DNA of 64,000 nucleotides from assembly GCA_030685215.1 (NCBI GenBank), contig JAUXQB010000278.1:2599-66598 (forward strand), written 5' to 3'. Made by a program: the position numbers and the translations under genes. The stretch is from Actinomycetota bacterium. GTDB taxonomy: Bacteria; Actinomycetota; Acidimicrobiia; Acidimicrobiales; Ilumatobacteraceae. Numbering within the stretch: the stretch's first letter is position 1; every line of letters begins with the position of its first letter. Below are positions 52,929 through 63,052 of the stretch, in pieces. Under the pieces are notes generated by a model. The model was not told the DNA's origin and did not search any database. It worked only from the letters and a program-made list of their open reading frames with translations.

Positions 52929-53423
52929 GTGTCGAACGAACGCGAAATCATGTCCTGGGAGATCTTCGGTGAGGCGTCGCGTGCGCTCGCGCAGATGGTG
53001 GCCGACGACTACGAACCGGACATGATCCTGTCGATCGCACGTGGTGGGCTGCTCATCGGTGGCGCCCTCGGCTACGCCCTCAGCGTGAAGAACGTGTACA
53101 CGATGAACGTCGAGTTCTACACGGGTGTCGACGAGCGGTTGGAGGTGCCTCGCATCCTGCCGCCGGCACCCGACTTCGTCGACGTCAGCGATGCTCGCAT
53201 CCTCATCGCCGACGACGTGGCCGACACCGGCCACACGCTGCGCAGCGTGATGGAGTTCTGCGCCGGCAAGGTCGCCGAAGTGCGCACCGCCTGCCTGTAC
53301 GAGAAGAGCCACTCGGTCGTGAAGTGCGAGTACGTGTGGAAGTACACCGACCAGTGGATCAACTTCCCGTGGAGCGACAAGGACCCGGTCGCCAAGCGCT
53401 CCTGGTCCGTCAAGGACGCCTGA
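52929..53423 (+). CDS. purine (xanthine/hypoxanthine-guanine-type) phosphoribosyltransferase
   Basis: 'ILSIARGGLLIGGAL' and the PRPP loop 'ILIADDVADTGHTL'. 164 aa. GTG start. Confidence 0.8.
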   Translation: MSNEREIMSWEIFGEASRALAQMVADDYEPDMILSIARGGLLIGGALGYALSVKNVYTMNVEFYTGVDERLEVPRILPPAPDFVDVSDARILIADDVADTGHTLRSVMEFCAGKVAEVRTACLYEKSHSVVKCEYVWKYTDQWINFPWSDKDPVAKRSWSVKDA

Positions 53424-53433
53424 CCGCCATTGG

Positions 53434-54999
53434 TCAGCGGGTGGCGAGGATCTTCATCGCCGCGTTGCGGCCGCTGGCACCCCACACGCCGGCACCGGGG
53501 AAGGTGGCGGCACCGGTGATGTAGAGACCCTTCACCGGGGTCTCGTAGCGGGTGAGCTCTGGGTTCCTGTTGCGAAGTGCCGCGAGCGGACCGCCGGCGA
53601 AGCTGGTGGCGTGCCCGTGAGGAAGGTGGAACTCGCGCTCGTAGCGGTCTGGCGTCATCGCCCGCCACTCGACCACGCTCTCCTTGAACCCGGGTTCGGC
53701 GAGGCCCGCGAACAGGTCGAGCCAGCGTGCGGGCTCGGTGGACGAGGCCCAGCCGCCGGGCAGCGCGTAGGGCGTGTAGAGCGTCTCCAGGCTGAGGACG
53801 TGGCGGCCGCTGGGCGCGATGGTGGTGTCGCCGACGGACGGCACGTTGGCGAGGAGCCCTGGTCGTTCGAGCATGCCGCCCGACGCCATCAGTTCGTAGC
53901 CGCGGTGCATGTCGGCGATGCTGGGAGCGATGGCATACGTGGCGGTGAGGTCGCCGTCGAGGCCGGCCAGCTGCGCGGCGCGCAGGTGGGGCACAGCCGT
54001 CGTCACCGCGTCGAGCTTGGATTCGTAGCCGTCGTCGTGGGGGATCGCCTTCCAACGCTGCACCATCGCGCTCGCCTGCGGCGGTGGGTTGCGCAGCCAG
54101 GTGAGGAACGTGTCGTGCGGGTTGCACGCGGACACGACGAGGCCGGCGGTGATCTCGGTGCCGTCTGCCAGCGTGACCCCGCGCACACCGTCGCCCTCGC
54201 AGGTGATGGCGTCGACGCGTGTGCTCACCCGCACCGTGCCGCCGGCACCTTCGAACGCGGCCCGCAGCGTGCGCGGCACCTCACCGCTGCCACCCACGGG
54301 GCGACCCACCGTGCCGACGTGCCGCAGCGCGTAGGTGAGCGCGCCGAGTCCGCTGCCCTTGAACTCGGGGGAGATGCCCCACACCATCGGACCGACGAGC
54401 AGCCCCGGTGACTGCAGCGCGTCGGTGGTGAAGAACTCGCGCATCACGTCGGCCGCGCTGCGCCGGCTCCATCGCAACATCGTGCTCACGCCGCGGCCGC
54501 GCTTGGCGAGCACCTTCTTGGTGAGGCCACCGAACGACGGCGGGTCGTTGGCCGCGTCGAACACCAGCCTCACGGCCGGCATCGCGGCCGCGACGTAACG
54601 GCGGTAGCCGTCGACCTCCTGCGGGTAGTTGCGTCCGATGGAATCGAGCGTCTGCTCGAGCGAGTGGTAGCTGGCCCACGCCGCGCCGCCGCTCCATGCC
54701 ATGTTCACCTGCGCGGGCTCGACGTCGAGGTAGCGCAGGCCGTGGCGGGCGAGACCGAGCTCTTCGATGACAGGGGTGGTGCGGAACGTGATGTGGTCGC
54801 AGTTGCAGATGTTCACCATCGCGCCGGCGAACGGCTCGCTGGCGGCCGTGCCGCCGACGTCGTGGCGGGCTTCCAGCAGCAGCGTGCGCAGCCCGCCGCG
54901 GGCGAGGTACGCCGCGCACACGAGGCCGTTGTGACCCCCGCCCACCACGATGGCGTCGTAGTCGTGGGTGGTGGTCGTCGGCGAAGTCATCGCAGCCAT
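53434..54999 (-). CDS. NAD(P)/FAD-dependent oxidoreductase, phytoene-desaturase (CrtI)-like family
   Basis: 'YDAIVVGGGHNGLVCAAYLARGG' and C-terminal 'LYITGAATFPGAGV'. 521 aa. Confidence 0.8.
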   Translation of the reverse strand: MAAMTSPTTTTHDYDAIVVGGGHNGLVCAAYLARGGLRTLLLEARHDVGGTAASEPFAGAMVNICNCDHITFRTTPVIEELGLARHGLRYLDVEPAQVNMAWSGGAAWASYHSLEQTLDSIGRNYPQEVDGYRRYVAAAMPAVRLVFDAANDPPSFGGLTKKVLAKRGRGVSTMLRWSRRSAADVMREFFTTDALQSPGLLVGPMVWGISPEFKGSGLGALTYALRHVGTVGRPVGGSGEVPRTLRAAFEGAGGTVRVSTRVDAITCEGDGVRGVTLADGTEITAGLVVSACNPHDTFLTWLRNPPPQASAMVQRWKAIPHDDGYESKLDAVTTAVPHLRAAQLAGLDGDLTATYAIAPSIADMHRGYELMASGGMLERPGLLANVPSVGDTTIAPSGRHVLSLETLYTPYALPGGWASSTEPARWLDLFAGLAEPGFKESVVEWRAMTPDRYEREFHLPHGHATSFAGGPLAALRNRNPELTRYETPVKGLYITGAATFPGAGVWGASGRNAAMKILATR

Positions 55000-55027
55000 T
55001 CTGCCTGCCCGCGCGGCGACCGACCGA

Positions 55028-55033
55028 TAACGT
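55028..55033 (+). promoter_or_regulatory. -10-like hexamer TAACGT, 6 nt upstream of GTG 55040
   Basis: TANNNT motif. Confidence 0.35.
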
Positions 55034-55039
55034 GCACAC

Positions 55040-55831
55040 GTGAATCGCGTTCGTTACTTCCCCGACCTCACCGGCCCACAGGTTGCCGAGCGGCTCACCG
55101 AACGCAGCATCCTCGTACAGCCGCTGGGGGCCATCGAACAGCACGGGCCGCACCTGCCGTTGAGCACCGATTCGGTCATCGCCGCCGCCGTCGCGGAGGC
55201 CACGGTGGCCGAAGTCGGCGACGAGCTCGACGTGTGGCTGCTGCCCACGCTCGAGTACACGAAGAGCAACGAGCACGCCTGGAGCGCGGGCACGGTGTGG
55301 CTCAGCGCCACCACCTTGCTGGCCGTGCTCGACGACCTCGGGCGCTGCCTGGCCACCACGCCGGCCAAGCGGCTGGTGTTCCTCAACGGCCACGGCGGCA
55401 ACAGCGCGCTGCTCAACGTGGCCAACCGCGAACTTCGGCTCGCGCACGGTCTGATGACGTTCCTCACCCACCCGGGTGTGCCGCCCGACCAAGGTGGCAC
55501 GTCGCCCGCCGACGAGTTGGGGATGGGCGTGCACGGCGGCACCGACGAGACGTCGATCATGTTGCACCTGGCCCCGCACCTGGTGAACATGAGCCTGGCC
55601 GAACGTCGCGTGCCCGACGCCATCGCGCTGAACCAGTACGTGCGCTTCGGCGGGCGGGTGAGCTTCGGATGGATGTCGAACGACTTCTTCCCCGACGGCT
55701 ACATCGGCGACCCCACCGCAGCCACTCCCGAGTTGGGCAAGGAGCTGTTCGAGGGCGCGGTGCGCGGCTTCGGTGAGGCGCTGCGCGAGATCGCCGCGTT
55801 CAACTTCGGTCGCCCGGCACACCAGCCATGA
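55040..55831 (+). CDS. creatininase-family amidohydrolase
   Basis: 'LGAIEQHGPHLPLSTD', 'FLNGHGGN', 'HGGTDETS' are creatininase-family metal ligands. Confidence 0.82.
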   Translation: MNRVRYFPDLTGPQVAERLTERSILVQPLGAIEQHGPHLPLSTDSVIAAAVAEATVAEVGDELDVWLLPTLEYTKSNEHAWSAGTVWLSATTLLAVLDDLGRCLATTPAKRLVFLNGHGGNSALLNVANRELRLAHGLMTFLTHPGVPPDQGGTSPADELGMGVHGGTDETSIMLHLAPHLVNMSLAERRVPDAIALNQYVRFGGRVSFGWMSNDFFPDGYIGDPTAATPELGKELFEGAVRGFGEALREIAAFNFGRPAHQP

Positions 55832-57102
55832 ACACCGCCGACCTGCGCGTCGACGGAGCACGGCTGTGGGCCCGCATCGAGGCGCTCGGCGAGGTGGGTG
55901 CGGTGCATGGTCCCAACGGCGAGCGCGGGTGTGCGCGCCTCGCACTCACCGACGAGGACCGTGAGGGCCGCGACCTCGTGGTCGGGTGGATGCACGATCT
56001 CGGGCTGGCGGTCACCATCGACGCCATCGGCAACGTGGTCGGGGTGCGGGCGGGCACCGACCCCGATGCGGCACCGGTGCTCATCGGTTCCCACATCGAC
56101 ACCGTGCGCACCGGGGGCCGGTTCGACGGCAACCTCGGTGTGCTGGCCGGCCTCGAGGTGGTCGAGACGCTCGCACAACACGGCGTCGACACCGTGCACC
56201 CGGTGGCCGTGGCGTTCTTCACCGACGAGGAAGGCGCTCGCTTCCAGCCCGACATGCTCGGCAGCCTGGTCTACGTGGGTGGCATGGCGGTGGAAGACGC
56301 GCTCGACGTGCGCGCGGCCGACGACGGCGCCCGGCTGGGCGACGAACTTGCCCGCATCGGCTACGCCGGCCCCACCCCGTGCCCGGCTGCGGCCGCCCCA
56401 CACGCGTACGTGGAGCTGCACATCGAGCAGGGCCCGGTCCTCGAGGACGAAGGCGTGGTCATCGGTGCGGTCACCGGGGTGCAGGGCATCTCGTGGACCG
56501 AGCTCACCATCACCGGCCAGTCCGCTCACGCGGGCACCACGCCGATGCGCCTGCGCCGCGACCCTGGCTTTGTGGCCGCCGCCATCAACACTGGCATCCG
56601 CGCACTGGCCACCGAGATGGGCTCGCTCGGCGACGGCTCGCAGGTGGCCACCGTCGGTCGCTGTGAGTTCTCGCCGAACCTGGTCAACGTGGTGCCCGCG
56701 TCGGTCACGATGACGGTCGACCTGCGCAACACCGACGAGGCGCTGCTGCAACAGGCCGAGGCCGTGTTCGCCGCGCTGTGCGACCAACTCGCGCGCGAGG
56801 AGCAGGTCACCATCGAACGACGCACGCTCGCCCGTTTCGAACCCGTCGAGTTCGATCCGCGGATGATCCAGCTCGTCGAGTCGACGGCCCGACGACTCGG
56901 TCACTCCGTGCGGCGCATGCCAAGCGGCGCCGGTCACGACGCGCAGATGCTCGCCCGGGTGTGCCCCACCAGCATGGTGTTCGTGCCGAGCGCGAACGGG
57001 CTCTCGCACAACATCGCCGAGTACACCGAGCCCGCGCACATCTCTGCCGGCGCCGATGTGCTGCTGCAGGTGGTGTTGCAGGTGGCGCAGGGCGGCGCGT
57101 GA
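55828..57102 (+). CDS. M20-family Zn-dependent amidohydrolase (allantoate amidohydrolase / N-carbamoyl-amino-acid hydrolase type)
   Basis: ATG overlaps the upstream stop (ATGA). 'GSHIDTVRTGGRFDGNLGV', 'FTDEEGARF', 'HAGTTPM', 'SGAGHDAQ'. Confidence 0.85.
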   Translation: MNTADLRVDGARLWARIEALGEVGAVHGPNGERGCARLALTDEDREGRDLVVGWMHDLGLAVTIDAIGNVVGVRAGTDPDAAPVLIGSHIDTVRTGGRFDGNLGVLAGLEVVETLAQHGVDTVHPVAVAFFTDEEGARFQPDMLGSLVYVGGMAVEDALDVRAADDGARLGDELARIGYAGPTPCPAAAAPHAYVELHIEQGPVLEDEGVVIGAVTGVQGISWTELTITGQSAHAGTTPMRLRRDPGFVAAAINTGIRALATEMGSLGDGSQVATVGRCEFSPNLVNVVPASVTMTVDLRNTDEALLQQAEAVFAALCDQLAREEQVTIERRTLARFEPVEFDPRMIQLVESTARRLGHSVRRMPSGAGHDAQMLARVCPTSMVFVPSANGLSHNIAEYTEPAHISAGADVLLQVVLQVAQGGA

Positions 57103-57449
57103 GGCCGCGGCTCGACCTCGTCACGCTCGATTCGCCCGATCCCGATGCTGCCGCTCGCTTCTGGTGCGCGGCGCTCGAACTGGTGGTGTCCGAGCGCGAG
57201 GACGACGGCCGGTGGGTGGTGCTGAGCGACGCGGCCGGGGTGCGCCGGATCGGCCTGCAGCGGGGCGCGACGAGATCGGGATCCGTCCATCTCGACCTCG
57301 TCTGCGGTGTCGACGAGTTCGACGCATCGGTGGAACACCTCGTTGCGGAGGGAGCCGTTGCACTCGCCGCGCCCCGCACGGAACCGTACGGGCGCATCGT
57401 GAACCTCGCCGACCCCGACGGCAACCCGTTCGACCTCTGCGCGTACTGA
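57099..57449 (+). CDS. VOC/glyoxalase-family protein
   Basis: GTG overlaps the upstream stop (GTGA). 'LDLVTLDSPDPDAAARFW...HLDL...LADPDGNPFDL'. Confidence 0.7.
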   Translation: MRPRLDLVTLDSPDPDAAARFWCAALELVVSEREDDGRWVVLSDAAGVRRIGLQRGATRSGSVHLDLVCGVDEFDASVEHLVAEGAVALAAPRTEPYGRIVNLADPDGNPFDLCAY

Positions 57450-57497
57450 GGAGGAAGGTCCCTCACGCCGAGGTCTCCTGAGCGATAGAACGAGCAG

Positions 57498-59099
57498 GTG
57501 GACGTTCTGATCGACAACCCGCTGCTGCTGCTGTTCCTGGTGATGGGTGTCGGCGCCGCACTCGGCAGCGTTCGCATCGGTGGCGTCGCCCTCGGCCCGG
57601 CCGCGGCGCTGTTCGCCGGGCTGGCGGTGTCGGCCATCGACGAGGATCTGGCCAACACGCCACTCATCCTCACCCAGGTGGGGCTCGCGCTGTTCATCTA
57701 CACCGTCGGTCTCGCGTCGGGTCCGTCGTTCCTGGCCGAGCTGCGACGTGGGGGAGCGCGTGTGCTGGTGGGCGCCGCGGTGCTGCTCTCGTTCGTCGCG
57801 CTGGTGGTGGTGGGCGTGGCGAGCCTGCTCGACCTCGACACCGGTGCCCGTGCCGGTCTGTTCGCCGGTTCGCTCACCAACACGCCGGCGCTGTCGGCCG
57901 CGATCGACGGGCTCGGCGACGGCATTGCCGACGGGTCGCTCACCGACCCGGTCGTCGGCTACTCGCTCGCGTACCCGATGGGTGTGGTGACGATGCTGCT
58001 CGCCGCGCACTGGTCGCTGCGCCGAGGTCATCACCGGGCGGCCGGCCGCACGGAACTGCCCGTTGCGGCCAGCACCAACGCCACCAACGCCACGCTCCTC
58101 GTCACTCGTGTCGACCTGCCGACGCTCGGCGAGCTGGAGCGCTGGAGCGGCACCAAGCTGGCCTTCGGCCGTGTCGAGCACGACGGCCAGGTCAGCATCG
58201 CCACCGCCGACGTGCAACTCGTGCCCGGCGACCTGTGCACTGTGATCGGCACGCCCGACGACGTCGAACGCTTCGTCGCCTGGGCCGGTGGCCCCAGCTC
58301 GCGGCACCTCGCGCTCGACCGCGCGCTGCTCGACTTCCGTCGTATCTCGGTGTCGAACCGCAAGCTCGCCGGCACCCGCTTGCGCGATCTGCAGCTCGAG
58401 CGCCGCTTCGGTGCCACCGTCACCCGGGTGCGCAGAGGCGACGCCGACCTGGTGGCCGACGGCGACTTCGTGGTGCGCCTCGGCGATCGACTGCGCGTGG
58501 TGGGGCCAGCGAGCCGGCTGGGTGAGGTGGCCACGCTGCTGGGCGACAGCGACCGCAGCCTCGGCGAGGTCGACGCGATGGGCTTCGCGCTCGGGCTGTC
58601 GATCGGCCTGCTCATCGGCCTGGTGGAAGTGCCGCTGCCCGGTGGCGGCAGCATCGAGCTCGGTGTCGGTGGTGGCCCGCTCATCGCGGGCCTGGTGCTC
58701 GGCACGCTGTCCCGTACGGGGCCGATCACGTGGCAGGTGCCACACGCGGCGAACCTCACGTTGCGCCAGTTCGGCATCCTGATGTTCCTGGGCGCGGTCG
58801 GCATCCGCTCCGGCGCCACGTTCGCCACCGCGGTGGGCACGGCGGTGGGCGGCAGGCTGGCGCTGGCGGCACTGATGGTCACCGTCGTGCTCGCTGTCGC
58901 CTCGGTGCTGCTCACCCGACTGCTGCGCAGCGACCCGGTCACCGCCGCCGGCCAGATCGCGGGCATCGAGACCCAGCCGGCCGTGCATGCCTATGCGGCC
59001 GAAGCCACCAAGGGCGACCAGCGCGTCGACGCCGGCTACGCGCTCGTGCTGCCGCTGGCCATGATCGTCAAGCTCGTGCTGGTGCAGTTGCTGCTCTGA
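57498..59099 (+). CDS. YidE/YbjL (AAE) family transporter with two RCK_C/TrkA-C domains
   Basis: Duplicated membrane halves ('LGPAAALFAGLAVS', 'GGGPLIAGLVLG') flank two TrkA-C-like segments ('VQLVPGDLCTVIG', 'VVRLGDRLRVVG'). Confidence 0.8.
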   Translation: MDVLIDNPLLLLFLVMGVGAALGSVRIGGVALGPAAALFAGLAVSAIDEDLANTPLILTQVGLALFIYTVGLASGPSFLAELRRGGARVLVGAAVLLSFVALVVVGVASLLDLDTGARAGLFAGSLTNTPALSAAIDGLGDGIADGSLTDPVVGYSLAYPMGVVTMLLAAHWSLRRGHHRAAGRTELPVAASTNATNATLLVTRVDLPTLGELERWSGTKLAFGRVEHDGQVSIATADVQLVPGDLCTVIGTPDDVERFVAWAGGPSSRHLALDRALLDFRRISVSNRKLAGTRLRDLQLERRFGATVTRVRRGDADLVADGDFVVRLGDRLRVVGPASRLGEVATLLGDSDRSLGEVDAMGFALGLSIGLLIGLVEVPLPGGGSIELGVGGGPLIAGLVLGTLSRTGPITWQVPHAANLTLRQFGILMFLGAVGIRSGATFATAVGTAVGGRLALAALMVTVVLAVASVLLTRLLRSDPVTAAGQIAGIETQPAVHAYAAEATKGDQRVDAGYALVLPLAMIVKLVLVQLLL

Positions 59100-59112
59100 C
59101 CCGGAACGCGCA

Positions 59113-59142
59113 CGAGGGCGTCGGCCGCAGCCGACGCCCTCG
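59113..59142. terminator. bidirectional terminator-like hairpin (13-bp perfect stem, CGCA loop)
   Basis: CGAGGGCGTCGGC-CGCA-GCCGACGCCCTCG, between the convergent transporter and SBP genes. Confidence 0.6.
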
Positions 59143-59175
59143 CGGGTACTTCAGTGGTTCAGTGGTCGAGTTCGA

Positions 59176-60369
59176 TCAGAGCTTGATCGAGGGATCGATG
59201 AACTGGTTGGTGACGACGTCCTCGGGCGTGAGGCCTTCCTTGGGGGTTGCGCCCTGCGCCTCGTACACGGGGACGGCGATCTCGATGAGACCGGCCACGC
59301 GCTCGAGGTCGAAGCTGCCCATGGTGCCATCGGTTCCGTTGGCCTGGAGGCCGTCGGCCTTGATGGTGGCCACACCGAACTCGGCGGCGCCGGCGGTGTA
59401 GGTCCAGCCGAAATCGCCACCGAACTCGGCGACGGCGGCGAGGATGACCTCGTTACCGTGTGCCGGATCGGTGAGGTAGTCGACTGCCGACTGCTGGATC
59501 ATCGGGATCAGCTCGGTGAAGCAATCGGCTTCGGCCTCGACGTTGCCGGGCTTGGTGGCGATGCTCTGGGCGTAGTTCTCCCAGCCGATGTCGTTGATGT
59601 ACTCGTACTCGACCGGCTTGCCCCAATCGGTGAGCTCGTTCTCGTACAGGTACGGCTCGGCCGAGCCGAAGCCCTGCTGTGCAGCCTTGCCCTCGTCGGC
59701 GATGAACAGCGCCGGGTCGCCGGTGTAGGAACCGTCGACCTGGTCCTTGCTCAGCACGCCCGTCCCGGTGAGGAAGTCCATGTAGGCCGCGCCACCGAAG
59801 TAGCGGACCGTGACACCCTCGGTGCCGAGGTCGGCGATGCCGGTGACGTCGGGGTAGGTCTCGGGATCCCACATGATCATCTGCGGGTTCTTCTCGAAGC
59901 CCGACATGAGGGCGATGGTCGGGAACTCGCTACCGGAGAACTGGATGCCCTCGTCGGTGTAGACGAAGCCCAGCAGGACGTCGTCGTTGTTGTACATGAT
60001 CTCGGTGACCGGGCTGAACTGCTGGGGCAGGCCGCCCGAGCGGATCTCGATGTCGACACCGGTGTCGACACCGCCGGCCACGAGCGGGCCGGTGACGTAG
60101 GCCTTGCCGGCGTCCATCGTGTAGCCGTCGCCGACGAGGTTGTAGAGGAAACCGTGCTCGGCTTCCGGCATCCAGTCGGTCTGGATGACGACCTTCTCCG
60201 GGCAGAGCCCCGCGAGGCTGCCGCCGGCCTCCCCGCCGGTGGTCTCGGTGGCGCCGGTGGTCTCCGGTGCGCTGGTGGTTTCGGACGTCTCGTCGTCGCC
60301 ACACGCTGAAAGTGTGACGGCGGCGGTGAGCGAGATGGCCAGCAGTGTGCGGCTGCGTCGCTGTTGCAT
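59176..60369 (-). CDS. ABC transporter substrate-binding lipoprotein (NMT1/THI5-like, NitT/TauT family)
   Basis: ATG 60369 with an AAGGAG Shine-Dalgarno. Lipobox 'LSAC', a Thr/Glu-rich linker, then an NMT1-like body. It sits with a NitT/TauT-type permease and ATPase. Confidence 0.7.
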   Translation of the reverse strand: MQQRRSRTLLAISLTAAVTLSACGDDETSETTSAPETTGATETTGGEAGGSLAGLCPEKVVIQTDWMPEAEHGFLYNLVGDGYTMDAGKAYVTGPLVAGGVDTGVDIEIRSGGLPQQFSPVTEIMYNNDDVLLGFVYTDEGIQFSGSEFPTIALMSGFEKNPQMIMWDPETYPDVTGIADLGTEGVTVRYFGGAAYMDFLTGTGVLSKDQVDGSYTGDPALFIADEGKAAQQGFGSAEPYLYENELTDWGKPVEYEYINDIGWENYAQSIATKPGNVEAEADCFTELIPMIQQSAVDYLTDPAHGNEVILAAVAEFGGDFGWTYTAGAAEFGVATIKADGLQANGTDGTMGSFDLERVAGLIEIAVPVYEAQGATPKEGLTPEDVVTNQFIDPSIKL

Positions 60370-60446
60370 TGAGTGCTCCTTGGGTGTTGGTGGGTTCACG
60401 CTGCTCGGGAGATCGTGGAGGATCTCGTTGGGTAGGACATGGTGGA

Positions 60447-61385
60447 TCAGCTGCCTCGACGGGTGGGCTCGTGCCAGTGACCGACGACGAGCTTGCCGAT
60501 GAAGCCGAAGACGAGGAACACCGCGATGCCGAGCGCGGCGGCGATGAGCAGACCGCCGTACATCGGCGGGTAGAGCAGGTCGGTGCGGAACTGCTCCATG
60601 ACGATGCCGATGCCGGGCTTCTGCCCCTGCCGGAAGAACTGCTCGCCGACGATGGCGCCGATGACGGCGAGGCCGGCCGAGATGCGGAAGCCGGTGAAGA
60701 TGGCCGGCATGGCCGCGGGGAACTGCAGCTTCACCAGACGGGTGAACCGGCCGGCGCTGCGCAGCGTGAACAGGTCGTGCTGCGACGCCTCGACCGAGGT
60801 GAGGCCGAACAGCGTGTTGGTGACGATGGGGAACAGCGAGATCATCACGCACACGTAGATGCGCGACGACATGCCGCCACCGAACACCGAGTAGATGATG
60901 GGCACGATGGCCAGCACCGGCGTGGCCTGCAACGCGACCAGGTAGGGGTAGATGGAGCGCTCGGCCCACACCGCCTGCGCCATGAACACGGCGAGCCCGG
61001 TACCGATGACGATGGTGATGGCGAGCCCGATGAAGGCCGCGTAGCTGGTCCAGCCGAGGCCGGCGATGAGCTGGTTGCGGAAGAACGGGTCGAGGAACGC
61101 CTGGTCGATGACGGTGACCGGGGACGGCAGCAGGCTCGGCCGTTTGTCGAGCCAACGGCGCATGCCGTCGCGGTGCATGTACTCCCAGAAGCTGATGAAC
61201 AGCACGAACACGATGAACGGGCCGATGTAGGTGCTGAGCTGACGCGTGTGCACCTTGCCCGACGGGACGAGCTCGTCGGCGATGGTGGGGGAGACGCCGC
61301 TGATGACCGCGGCGTCGGCAGCCATCTGCTGGCGCTCGTCGTGGTCGGGGTTGTCGTGGCGTTCGTGGTGGATGGACGTGCTCAT
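60447..61385 (-). CDS. ABC transporter permease (NitT/TauT family)
   Basis: ATG overlaps the upstream stop (ATGA). BPD_transp_1 topology. 312 aa. Confidence 0.82.
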   Translation of the reverse strand: MSTSIHHERHDNPDHDERQQMAADAAVISGVSPTIADELVPSGKVHTRQLSTYIGPFIVFVLFISFWEYMHRDGMRRWLDKRPSLLPSPVTVIDQAFLDPFFRNQLIAGLGWTSYAAFIGLAITIVIGTGLAVFMAQAVWAERSIYPYLVALQATPVLAIVPIIYSVFGGGMSSRIYVCVMISLFPIVTNTLFGLTSVEASQHDLFTLRSAGRFTRLVKLQFPAAMPAIFTGFRISAGLAVIGAIVGEQFFRQGQKPGIGIVMEQFRTDLLYPPMYGGLLIAAALGIAVFLVFGFIGKLVVGHWHEPTRRGS

Positions 61386-62182
61386 GCGTGCGCACCTCGC
61401 AGCTCGTGGGAGATGGCGCCGCACAGCCGGGCGAACTCGGGCTCGAAGCGCAGGTCGGGCACCCGCGGGTAGGGGAACGCGATGGGGTACTCGGCCACGA
61501 TGCGGCCGGGGCGGGCGCTCATCACCAGCACTCTCGTGGACAGGAACACCGCCTCGCTGATGGAGTGCGTGATGAACAGCCCGGCGAAGCCTTGGCGAGC
61601 GAACAGGCTGATGACTTCGTCGTTCAGGCGCTCGCGGGTGATCTCGTCGACCGCGCCGAACGGCTCGTCGAACAGGAACACGCTGGGGTCGAGCACCAAG
61701 CTGCGGGCGAGCGAGGCCCGCATCTTCATGCCGCCGGAGAGCTGCTTCGGGTACTTCTTCTCGAAGCCGGTGAGGCCGACCAGTTCGATGGCGGCGGCCG
61801 CTCGCGACCTGCGCTCGGCCTTCGGCACGCCTTCCAGCTCGGCGAGCAGTTCCACGTTGCGCTGCACGTTGCGCCACTGCAGCAGGGTGGCGTCCTGGAA
61901 CACGTAGCCGACGTGGCGGCGGTCGACCTCGACGGAGCCGGTGGTGGGCGGGTTGAGGCCGGAGGCGATCTTCAGCAGGGTGCTCTTGCCGCAGCCGGAC
62001 GGCCCGACGACGGTGACGAACTCGCCGGGGCGGACGTCGAAGCTGGTTTCCCCGAGCGCGTGGGTTCCGTCGGGGTAGACCATCGACACCCCGTTGAACC
62101 TCAGCGCCGGGGCGGGCACGGAGTCGTTCATCGAGGTCACCATAGTGGGTGCGACTGTTTCGCTCACTGCCGCCGATTTCAT
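61382..62182 (-). CDS. ABC transporter ATP-binding protein (NitT/TauT family)
   Basis: 'GPSGCGKSTLL', 'LSGGMKMR', 'FLFDEPFGAVD'. The start shares one base with the upstream stop. Confidence 0.88.
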   Translation of the reverse strand: MKSAAVSETVAPTMVTSMNDSVPAPALRFNGVSMVYPDGTHALGETSFDVRPGEFVTVVGPSGCGKSTLLKIASGLNPPTTGSVEVDRRHVGYVFQDATLLQWRNVQRNVELLAELEGVPKAERRSRAAAAIELVGLTGFEKKYPKQLSGGMKMRASLARSLVLDPSVFLFDEPFGAVDEITRERLNDEVISLFARQGFAGLFITHSISEAVFLSTRVLVMSARPGRIVAEYPIAFPYPRVPDLRFEPEFARLCGAISHELRGAHA

Positions 62183-62946
62183 CAGTGCATCACCATCCCG
62201 CCACTCACGTTCATCGCTTGCCCGGTGCAGTACTTGGCCTGGTCAGAGGCCAGGAACAGCGCCATGTCGGCCACTTCCTCGGGCTCTGCGCAGCGGCCGA
62301 GCGGCGACATCGCCGACCACTTCGCCACCATCTCGGGCGTGCGTGTGGCAGCCCCCATCTCGGTGAGCACGTAGCCGGGACAGATGCAGTTCACGCGGAT
62401 GCCGTGTTCGCCCAGCTCCATCGCCGACACGCGGGTGAGGCTGATGACGGCTGCCTTCGACGCCGCGTAGTGCGCCTGGTTGGGCGAGCCGACCTTGCCG
62501 CCCATGCTGGCCATGTTGACGATGGCGCCGCCATCGCCGGCAGCGATCATCGCTCGGGCCGCCACCTGTGTGGTGAGCAGCATCGCGCGCACGTTGATGT
62601 CGAAGGTGCGGTCCCAGTCGTCGACGGTGATGTCGAGCAGCGGCGCCATCTGCAGCACGCCGGCGTTGTTGACGAGCACGTCGACGCCGCCCAGCGCGTC
62701 GATGGCCGACTGCGTGACCTTGCGGGTGTTCACCGGATCCGCGAGGTCGACCGGGAACGCCACCGCACCGAGTCGCGCGGCCGTGCCTGCGCACTGCTCG
62801 GCTTCGCGGTCGAGCAGCGCGAGCCGCGCACCCTCGCCGGCGAAGGATCGCGCGATGGCCGCGCCGATGCCTCGAGCGGCTCCGGTGATGATCACTCGCT
62901 GTCCGGCGAGGCGGCCTGCTGCGGGGGCATCGCGTTCGGTCACCAT
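62182..62946 (-). CDS. SDR-family oxidoreductase (classical, FabG-like)
   Basis: 'ITGAARGIGAAIA', 'NNAG', 'YAASKAAV'. 254 aa. Confidence 0.88.
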   Translation of the reverse strand: MVTERDAPAAGRLAGQRVIITGAARGIGAAIARSFAGEGARLALLDREAEQCAGTAARLGAVAFPVDLADPVNTRKVTQSAIDALGGVDVLVNNAGVLQMAPLLDITVDDWDRTFDINVRAMLLTTQVAARAMIAAGDGGAIVNMASMGGKVGSPNQAHYAASKAAVISLTRVSAMELGEHGIRVNCICPGYVLTEMGAATRTPEMVAKWSAMSPLGRCAEPEEVADMALFLASDQAKYCTGQAMNVSGGMVMH

Positions 62947-62955
62947 GGTGTCGCC

Positions 62956-62961
62956 ATCGTA
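62956..62961 (-). promoter_or_regulatory. -10-like hexamer TACGAT, 9 nt upstream of ATG 62946
   Basis: TANNNT on the minus strand. Confidence 0.35.
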
Positions 62962-63052
62962 CGACAGCCACTGTTGCCGCCGGCGCGACGCGATGTGAAC
63001 AGCTTGTTTCGGCCGCCACGAGTGCGCGTGCGTCGCCGCAGGTGGTGGCTGA

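Noticed and set aside
57447-57497. Strong GAGGAGGAAGG Shine-Dalgarno-like run right after the VOC stop, suggesting a missed small ORF or an earlier start for the transporter
   Set aside because: No ATG, GTG or TTG lies within 5-12 nt downstream in an open frame, and the in-frame read hits a TAG. The run may instead be part of an imperfect terminator-like hairpin (CTGAGGAG...CTCCTGAG).
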